A stretch of 64,000 bases of DNA from Spirochaetota bacterium (GTDB taxonomy: Bacteria > Spirochaetota > Leptospiria > Turneriellales > Turneriellaceae). The stretch spans positions 1,901 to 65,900 of the forward strand of contig JAFEGD010000122.1 of the NCBI GenBank assembly GCA_018240245.1, in the 5' to 3' direction. The stretch's first letter is position 1. Each line of letters starts with the position of its first letter. The position numbers and the translations under genes were made by a program. The notes under the pieces are model-generated. The model made no database searches. It saw only the letters and a program-made list of their open reading frames with translations, and had not been told where the DNA came from. Of this stretch, positions 9,584-16,216 are shown piece after piece.

Positions 9584-9594
9584 GGCGTCGCCTG
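9569..9594. terminator. Hairpin (9-bp stem, 8-nt loop) containing the stop codons of two convergent genes
   Basis: CAGGCGACG-gattaagg-CGTCGCCTG. The loop TTAA supplies TAA for the + gene (9581-9583) and TAA for the - gene (9580-9582). There is no U-tract on either side. Confidence 0.4.
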
Positions 9595-12207
9595 TAGTTG
9601 CTTTCGATAGAGCACGTATACGCGCCAAGCGACAATCGCTAAAAGCAGCCAAAAAATCGAGCGAAAAAACCAAATCGAATACGGCGGGTCGAAGAGCGTC
9701 AGTTTATGCGCACTGTTCGGCTTTTGGGCAGAGAGAGAAAACTCGGCGAAGGTGGCGTCTTCGGCGATAGATTCGGCGACATCGTATTTCGGCTTTTGCG
9801 CATATTCGCTGCCGTAATAGAGTATGATTTTTTTATCGCTATTCAATTTTTCGGGAATGCGAAACACAATTTGCTCGGGGTCGGAGATTGCCGTAAATTG
9901 CGAGAGCGTCAGCGCGGCATCGTCGTCGTTCTTAACGTGCAACTGAAGTTCTCCGGTCGTCGGTGCAAAATCGATAACGTGCGACACGGGTTTGCCGCCC
10001 TTGCGCGTGAGAGTCGTCGTTTTGAGTAGATTGGTGCTCTGGAACCGCGCCGCTTTTTGGTAGATACCGAGTTCGCGCGTATAGTCGTTTTCTTGGAAAA
10101 CAAGCTTAACCGCGCTCATCGGTATTCGGTCGAGATTTTCGAAAATATAAATCGACGTGTTTTCGCCGTCGACCGATGTCACGAGACTTGCCACGGAAAT
10201 ATTTTTTTCGATACGGTCGTTTTCGCCGTTTTTCTTCGCCTGCCGTGCATACGGTACAATCCTGCCGTCGTACGTCAGTCGAAGATCGTTTGTGCCGGCC
10301 GACTTATAAATGTCGGTATCGATCGAAAATCGACCGTACGTTTTGCTCGAGAGGTTTTCGCCTTTTGTAGTGAGTTCTTTTACAAATTTATAGCGATGCG
10401 GCTTGAACTTCTCGACGGCGTCGAGAGAACCCATCGGCAACGCGAGACCCGACAGGATTAATATCGCTCCTAACTCTTTGAATTTACCGCGAAATTTTTC
10501 ATAATAAAAACTGATGAGCACAAGACTACCCCCTAAAATTATGCCCGCAATAATGCGGACCGATTTATCCCACTGCCAGATATCGATAAAATAAAATTTC
10601 GCAATGGCAAGCCCCATAAAAAATAAGCCCGCTTGGCGAAACCAGATTTTTTGGCGACGAAAACCGATGACAAGCAAAACCAGAGCGTAAAAAGAAAAGA
10701 CCAATGTAATCATGAGTAGTCGCGCATCTTTACTTGTGACGATGCGTTGCAATTCGCTGACAACGACGATAAACGATGCCACTAACGCGACGCCCGTTAA
10801 TACGGGGCCGAAATTAAAATAGCGCGGCCAAAACGTTTTTTGCCGCATATAGATCGCCGCAACCGTATAGAGAATGAACCCCCCGGCTTGAAAATTGAGT
10901 AGAAACCAGCTATCGTTCGCGTGGCCTAACGTTGTCATGAGCGCAATCAAGTTGATGCCGTTTGCCGCTGCGCTACCATAATAAAGAAGACCGTCGTTAT
11001 ATTTACCCGCAAGCGCCATCGCGAGGAGCAACAGAAGCGCAACGACAATGCGTTCTGCGGGGCCGTGCATCGTGAGCATGATGCCGAGCGCCATGAGAAA
11101 CACGACGGCGAAGGCCGCCGCCGGGGCGTGGCGTACGCGCTCCGGTAAAAATTGTAATACGATCAAGTTAATCGCCGCTTGTGCGATGTAGGCTATGGCT
11201 AAGATGTCTGCCGAAAAATTGCGGTTAAGATTCACGACCGAGGCAATCATTGTCATATAAAGAAGATTGACGGATATAATCGCCGCAGGGCGAAAAAATT
11301 TTCCTGAGTTTTGACTCCATGGTGCTACGTGCGCGGCGTATAAGAGAGCCGCTAATGTAACGCCACAAAATAACAGCGGCGTTGTCGCATATTCGTTGTA
11401 CGCATTCGACCAACCCAAGACGCTCAGCGTATTCCCGAGAAGTATAATCCAAATACCGTGCGCATTTGCGCTGCCGCGTAAATAATTGAGTATTATAAAA
11501 AGTAAATTGACCGCCGTTAGATAGGTGAAGTAAATCTTCGCTTCGTTGATACCGCGTGAGTGTACTATCGGCAAAATAAAAAATGCGACGAAAAGAATCA
11601 TCGCGAGCGCATTCGAGCGAATGCGGCGCGCGTATAAGAGCGCGAGCGCCATCAGCGCAAACATCATCGCCATCGTCTCGCTCCGCCCTAAAAATCGATA
11701 GACGAAATGCGCCGAGTAAATTGCAATCGTGTTTGCCGCAAGCGCGCAAATCGCGAGCACTTCGGGAATATAGCGGTATTCTTTTTTGTAGAGTCGATAA
11801 CTCATGAAGCCCAGCGCCGCAAACGCTCCTTGTAGCATAATCAGCCGCACCCATTCGCTGAGCCAACCTTGGTCGAGTGCGTAGACCATGAAAAGCGCCG
11901 TCGATAGAATCAACGTGACGATACCGACCTTACCGATGATGTTGCCGCCGATGAGCCACTCCCATGAAAAACCCGTGTTGCTTTCGGTGCGCAGCTGTGG
12001 CGTAGGCGCTTTTTGTGTCAACGTTAGCGAGGGCGGGGGTGCGGGGGGATTAACTTTTGTCGCTATGGTATCAAGCGTGGATGGGGTGGCGCTCTGCGGC
12101 GCTGTATTTTCCCGTTTCGCGCGCTCGAGTTCTGAACGCAACGAAAATACGGCGCCTTCAAGCGCGCCGACCTTTGTTTCGAGCTCTTGCAAGCGGTTCG
12201 CGTCCAT
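9580..12207 (-). CDS. DUF2339-like polytopic membrane protein fused to a large C-terminal extracytoplasmic domain and a terminal TM anchor
   Basis: N-terminal coiled coil (MDANRLQELETKVGALEGAVFSLRSELERAK) and a Pro-rich linker. About 480 aa of repeated TM helices follow, then ~270 aa of soluble sequence and a final TM (IWFFRSIFWLLLAIVAWRVYVLY). The ORF opens at 12249, and the Met at 12207 fits the family start. Confidence 0.65.
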   Translation of the reverse strand: MDANRLQELETKVGALEGAVFSLRSELERAKRENTAPQSATPSTLDTIATKVNPPAPPPSLTLTQKAPTPQLRTESNTGFSWEWLIGGNIIGKVGIVTLILSTALFMVYALDQGWLSEWVRLIMLQGAFAALGFMSYRLYKKEYRYIPEVLAICALAANTIAIYSAHFVYRFLGRSETMAMMFALMALALLYARRIRSNALAMILFVAFFILPIVHSRGINEAKIYFTYLTAVNLLFIILNYLRGSANAHGIWIILLGNTLSVLGWSNAYNEYATTPLLFCGVTLAALLYAAHVAPWSQNSGKFFRPAAIISVNLLYMTMIASVVNLNRNFSADILAIAYIAQAAINLIVLQFLPERVRHAPAAAFAVVFLMALGIMLTMHGPAERIVVALLLLLAMALAGKYNDGLLYYGSAAANGINLIALMTTLGHANDSWFLLNFQAGGFILYTVAAIYMRQKTFWPRYFNFGPVLTGVALVASFIVVVSELQRIVTSKDARLLMITLVFSFYALVLLVIGFRRQKIWFRQAGLFFMGLAIAKFYFIDIWQWDKSVRIIAGIILGGSLVLISFYYEKFRGKFKELGAILILSGLALPMGSLDAVEKFKPHRYKFVKELTTKGENLSSKTYGRFSIDTDIYKSAGTNDLRLTYDGRIVPYARQAKKNGENDRIEKNISVASLVTSVDGENTSIYIFENLDRIPMSAVKLVFQENDYTRELGIYQKAARFQSTNLLKTTTLTRKGGKPVSHVIDFAPTTGELQLHVKNDDDAALTLSQFTAISDPEQIVFRIPEKLNSDKKIILYYGSEYAQKPKYDVAESIAEDATFAEFSLSAQKPNSAHKLTLFDPPYSIWFFRSIFWLLLAIVAWRVYVLYRKQLQATP

Positions 12208-12270
12208 AAAGCGGCAGGTTAGAGCCCCCATCTGCGCGGTCAATCGCATGTGGCGCGAGCTGCCAGAGTA

Positions 12271-12708
12271 TCAAATGAGTAGCGGCAAAGAGAATACTGG
12301 CGTGTTACCGCTCCAGAATATGAGAGATTCTTCCGCAAAACCCGCTTCGGGATCCCATTTCGTTGTTGTTGCAGAATAGTTACTACAAAAGTATCGTCGC
12401 ATCGCACGCCGCGAGGGCTTTTGCCAGAGTTTGATAAGGCCGTAGATGAGAAAGGAAACACTAACCCGCAACGCTGCGGCGATATAATGAAAAGTATCAT
12501 ACTCCGCCGTCGTGAATCGTGTTGTAGTTATTACAAATTTTTCGTCGGGCTTACGGTTATAGGTGCGCGTGACCTCGCGTCGCAGCTGATTGCGCATTTG
12601 AATCCGCAGATACCGCTCGCCAAATCGCAGAATCTCTCTCTTCTTGCTCCTCCATAGCAGTGCCGATGTTTCAGGCAGACTGACACTCGATATCAAAGTT
12701 TTTTTCAT
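12271..12708 (-). CDS. DUF1564-like (Leptospira-type paralogous family) hypothetical protein
   Basis: The patterns VSLPET... and TRTYNRKP...RFTTAEYDTFHYIAAALRVSVSFLIYGLIKLW resemble DUF1564 (TLLIPE ... YQ ... W..L..la...GVSRC.LF..LL.L). Recalled from memory. Confidence 0.5.
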   Translation of the reverse strand: MKKTLISSVSLPETSALLWRSKKREILRFGERYLRIQMRNQLRREVTRTYNRKPDEKFVITTTRFTTAEYDTFHYIAAALRVSVSFLIYGLIKLWQKPSRRAMRRYFCSNYSATTTKWDPEAGFAEESLIFWSGNTPVFSLPLLI

Positions 12709-12861
12709 TGCTTCTCCTCTATGGGTCTCTATATATTAAATACCAAAAAGTGAGCGTTTTTTCTCACTAATTTTGAAAAAAATAAATTTGAATATGATGA
12801 GCCGTAATAGTTATTACATCCATAATCCCCCCTTAATAGACGTATACGACACTTTAATTGG

Positions 12862-12885
12862 AAAATTTCAAAAATGTGCTATATT
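12862..12885 (+). promoter_or_regulatory. Putative extended -10 promoter (TGcTATATT) ending 6 nt before the ATG at 12892
   Basis: The -10 TATATT at 12880-12885 is preceded by TGc. A weak -35-like TTGGAA lies 16 nt upstream. No SD fits between the -10 and the ATG. Confidence 0.4.
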
Positions 12886-12891
12886 TAAGCT

Positions 12892-13398
12892 ATGACAATC
12901 CCCCCTGTGCGTGAACTTTGGAAACGCCTTGGCCGTGGTGTGCTCTACTTTGCCGGTTTTTTTGTCTTTGCCGCGCTCGTCAATTGGTACCAAGCTCCGG
13001 CGGTGAAAGATATGCCGCGCGTGGCATCGCTTGAGGTAAGCGCGCTTTCGGGTCAAAAGCTCATTCTCGATACCGCAAAGTACAAGAAGACAATTATCTA
13101 TTTCTTCGCGCCGTGGTGCGCAGTCTGCAAGGTGAGCATGGACGCGCTCAATATGTTCGCCGATAAAGAAAATTTGCAGGCGCTCGCTATTGGGCTCGAT
13201 TACCAAACGCCCGATGAACTCAAACCCTTTCAAGAAAAGCTACGCGCACCGATTTACGCGGGCAGCGAAGAATTGCAACGCCGCTTTCGTGTCGATCGCT
13301 ATCCCACCGTGTATATTGTGAACCGCGATGGCAGCATCGCGCATGTGATGGTGGGTTACACGAGTCGCTTAGGCATGTGGTTGCGCACGCTGCTCTGA
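12892..13398 (+). CDS. Membrane-anchored TlpA/ResA-like thiol:disulfide oxidoreductase (thioredoxin fold)
   Basis: N-terminal TM (VLYFAGFFVFAALVNWY). CxxC active site in the context FFAPWCAVCKVS, and a downstream YPTVYIV motif. Confidence 0.8.
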   Translation: MTIPPVRELWKRLGRGVLYFAGFFVFAALVNWYQAPAVKDMPRVASLEVSALSGQKLILDTAKYKKTIIYFFAPWCAVCKVSMDALNMFADKENLQALAIGLDYQTPDELKPFQEKLRAPIYAGSEELQRRFRVDRYPTVYIVNRDGSIAHVMVGYTSRLGMWLRTLL

Positions 13399-13868
13399 TA
13401 TTTCAACCACGCGCAGAAGGCGAGTCCCAAGCCGTCGGCGGCGTCGTCGATTTTCATCTGCGCGGGCAGTTTCAAGAGCTTTGCGGTCATGAGTTGCACG
13501 GTCTTCTTTGCTGCGCTGCCCGAACCCGTAATCGTCTTCTTCATCGCGCTCGGTGAAATTTCAGAATACAAAACGCCCGCCTGAAAAAGATTCATGACAA
13601 TCACGCCGCGTGCTTCAGATAGGCGAATGCCGGTCGTCAGATCTTTGCGCATGAAAACCTGCTCGAGCCCCGCATGCGTAATCGTGTGGGATTGAAAAAG
13701 TTTTTGTAATAACTGTTGCAGTTCGAGTAGGCGTTCGCCTTCTGCTTGGGTCGGGCTCGTCTCGAAGACTCCCGCATCGACGAACGCCGCGCGGTTGCCA
13801 TCGACTTCAATCAGGCCGTAGCCCAACCGCGCATAACCGGGGTCAATCCCCAGAAACTTTAGACCCAT
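13356..13868 (-). CDS. ruvC: Crossover junction endodeoxyribonuclease RuvC
   Basis: N-terminus FLGIDPGYARLGYGLIE and an overall RuvC pattern (...GSGSAAKKTVQ...DAADGLGLAFC). Confidence 0.9.
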   Translation of the reverse strand: MGLKFLGIDPGYARLGYGLIEVDGNRAAFVDAGVFETSPTQAEGERLLELQQLLQKLFQSHTITHAGLEQVFMRKDLTTGIRLSEARGVIVMNLFQAGVLYSEISPSAMKKTITGSGSAAKKTVQLMTAKLLKLPAQMKIDDAADGLGLAFCAWLKYQSSVRNHMPKRLV

Positions 13869-14074
13869 CGGCTACGCGCAAAGTGTACGCCCTCGGCTTT
13901 GATTTCGAGGCGGTATTCGTCTTCGGTGATATAGCCTGCGGTTTTCAAATCTTCAATCGCCGGGCGCAGGCTATGGATTTCCATAGCTAGCGGCGCTTCG
14001 AGATCGCCGATCGCGACGCGCTTGCCCCGGCGGTCGAAAAGATATTGCAAAATCAGTAACGCCGGCTCGCTCAA
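13859..14074 (-). CDS. Small hypothetical protein (71 aa), possibly winged-helix-like
   Basis: Lies between gpmA and ruvC on the same strand and overlaps the ruvC start by 10 nt. No firm motif. Confidence 0.45.
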   Translation of the reverse strand: MSEPALLILQYLFDRRGKRVAIGDLEAPLAMEIHSLRPAIEDLKTAGYITEDEYRLEIKAEGVHFARSRWV

Positions 14075-14084
14075 CGACGCTCCG

Positions 14085-14765
14085 CTACACGCGCTTTATA
14101 CCGCTCGGCGTTTTCTCGAACATAATCGGCTCGCCGGTTTTGAGCTCTAACTCCAGCACCTGCGCTTCGCTCAAGCTTTCGAGATACATGATAATCGCGC
14201 GCAGACTGTTGCCGTGTGCGGCGATGAGAATATTTTTGCCGTCGTTTAGTTTCGGTTCGATGTGCTTTTGAAACCACGGCACCGTGCGTTCGGCGGTGTT
14301 TTTGAGCGCCTCGCCCTGCGGTGGCGGCACGTCGTAGCTGCGCCGCCAAATTTTTACCTGCGCCTCGCCGAATTTTTTCGCAGTCTCTTCTTTATTCATG
14401 CCCTGCAATTCGCCGTACATGCGCTCGTTAAGCTCCCACGCCGAAAAAACGGGAATGCTGTCGGCGGTGGCAGCGGGCGAATAAATTCGGAACCACTCTT
14501 CTCCCTTCTCGGCGCGTGCCGGGTCTTTTTGTAAAATCGGCACCTTACCCTCTTTGTTTTCTGACATGACAATCATCGCGGTGGTGATTGCGCGAATCAG
14601 GGTGGATGTATAAATAATATCGAATTTTTCTTCGCTGAGGCGCTTGCCTGCGTCAACCGCCTCTTGTATGCCTTGCGCCGAAAGCGGCACATCGACCCAG
14701 CCGGTGAAGAGATTCTTGAGGTTCCACAGCGATTGGCCGTGGCGAATGAGCACGAGTTTTGCCAT
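14085..14765 (-). CDS. gpmA: 2,3-bisphosphoglycerate-dependent phosphoglycerate mutase
   Basis: KLVLIRHGQSLWNLKNLFTGWVDVPLSAQG (RHG catalytic motif) and later ILIAAHGNSLRA. The ORF opens at 14837, but MAKLVLIRHG at 14765 is the family-typical start. Confidence 0.92.
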   Translation of the reverse strand: MAKLVLIRHGQSLWNLKNLFTGWVDVPLSAQGIQEAVDAGKRLSEEKFDIIYTSTLIRAITTAMIVMSENKEGKVPILQKDPARAEKGEEWFRIYSPAATADSIPVFSAWELNERMYGELQGMNKEETAKKFGEAQVKIWRRSYDVPPPQGEALKNTAERTVPWFQKHIEPKLNDGKNILIAAHGNSLRAIIMYLESLSEAQVLELELKTGEPIMFEKTPSGIKRV

Positions 14766-14869
14766 GCGCGCAAATCTCTTTTTGAGAGCGCGCGTAAAGC
14801 AGCTTGGCGTAACGGGGGTGGCCGGGCGGGCAGTCACAAAAATAGCCTAAAATATATAGAATATAATTA

Positions 14870-14898
14870 TTGACTATTTGTGAATTTAATTCTATATT
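14870..14898 (+). promoter_or_regulatory. Near-consensus sigma70-type promoter TTGACT-17 nt-TATATT
   Basis: TTGACT at 14870-14875, an exact 17-nt spacer, and TATATT at 14893-14898. The ATG at 14907 lies 8 nt after the -10, implying a leaderless or near-leaderless mRNA. Confidence 0.5.
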
Positions 14899-14906
14899 AC
14901 CCAACA

Positions 14907-16085
14907 ATGGTCTTTCTAAGAAAGCTCTCCCGCGTTATCGCCGAAGATCTAACGCTGCGCCCGGCGATTGTCGTCACTGGGGCAAGACAAACCGGCAAAA
15001 CGACACTCCTGCAAGAAGAGTTCGGCAAATTTGATTTTGTCAGTCTCGATCTACCCGCAGTCGCCGACGAAGCCGAAAAGTCGGGCGAAACGTTTTTGGC
15101 GCGCTTCAAGAGACCCTTGATTATCGACGAAGTGCAATATGCGCCCGGCCTTTTTCGCTATCTGAAGCACGAAATCGACACGCACCGCAAAGACACCGGG
15201 CGTTTTATTCTAAGCGGCTCGCATAAACTGGCGCTCATGCAAAATATCTCCGAAACGCTCGCGGGCCGCATCGCCGTGCATTCGCTTTACCCGTTCTCGC
15301 TCGAAGAGATTGCCGCGCACACGAAAAAAAAATTGCGCCGCGAGCAAATTCTCGACTTTCTCTGGCGCGGCGGCTATCCCGAAGTACACACGAAAAAAAT
15401 TCACCCGAGCCGCTTCTACGCCGATTACACCGCGACGTACATCGAGCGCGATTTGCGGCAAATCGTCAACGTGCGCGACCTCAGGCAATTCAATCGCTTT
15501 ATGCGGCTGTGTGCGTCGCGCGTCGGCTCGCTCATTTCGGCGTCGGCGCTGGCGATCGACACCGGCATTACCGTTAACACCGCGCAGGCGTGGCTCTCGG
15601 CGCTCGAAACCTCGGGCATTGTGATTCTTTTGCCGCCGTATTTCAAAAATTTCGGCAAGCGGGTTGTCAAAGCATCTAAGCTCTATTTTGCCGACACGGG
15701 GCTTGCCGCGTTTCTGGTCGGCATTCCCTCGCTCGAACAACTTATGGGGCTTAGCATGGTCGGAGCCTTCTTTGAAAACATGGTCGTCGCCGAAGCGGTG
15801 AAGCGGCTTTCGTTCGTGGGTTCAGAACGCAATCTCTATTTCTACCGCGACCACCACGGCCGCGAGGTCGACCTCATCTACGCGCAGGGCAATTCGATTC
15901 ATCTCGCCGAGTGTAAATTCGTCGAACGCCCCGATCTCACGGTGCCGGGTTTTAACGAACTCGAAAAACTCGCGGCGCCGCATATATTATCGAAGACAAT
16001 TCTGACTCCAGCGCACCCACCGATACCCGCTAAGGGCAAGAGTGTTGCGGTGAGCAACGTGCTAGATTTTGGTTATTGGTTGTGA
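14907..16085 (+). CDS. AAA-family ATPase with a DUF4143-type C-terminal domain
   Basis: P-loop VVTGARQTGKTTLL and Walker B-like LIIDEVQY. Overall layout is typical of AAA_14 + DUF4143 proteins. The GTG at 14880 would lie inside the putative promoter, so ATG 14907 is preferred. Confidence 0.75.
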   Translation: MVFLRKLSRVIAEDLTLRPAIVVTGARQTGKTTLLQEEFGKFDFVSLDLPAVADEAEKSGETFLARFKRPLIIDEVQYAPGLFRYLKHEIDTHRKDTGRFILSGSHKLALMQNISETLAGRIAVHSLYPFSLEEIAAHTKKKLRREQILDFLWRGGYPEVHTKKIHPSRFYADYTATYIERDLRQIVNVRDLRQFNRFMRLCASRVGSLISASALAIDTGITVNTAQAWLSALETSGIVILLPPYFKNFGKRVVKASKLYFADTGLAAFLVGIPSLEQLMGLSMVGAFFENMVVAEAVKRLSFVGSERNLYFYRDHHGREVDLIYAQGNSIHLAECKFVERPDLTVPGFNELEKLAAPHILSKTILTPAHPPIPAKGKSVAVSNVLDFGYWL

Positions 16086-16216
16086 TGGTATAGCGAAGCA
16101 ATAAGCATTGCCATTCGCCGCAGTCTCACGACAAGCCGCGTTCGGTGTGAAGCTTACCGCGAGCTAAGCGAGGGCGATTTTCAATATCCATAAACGGTCA
16201 AACTATTTTATTGAGT

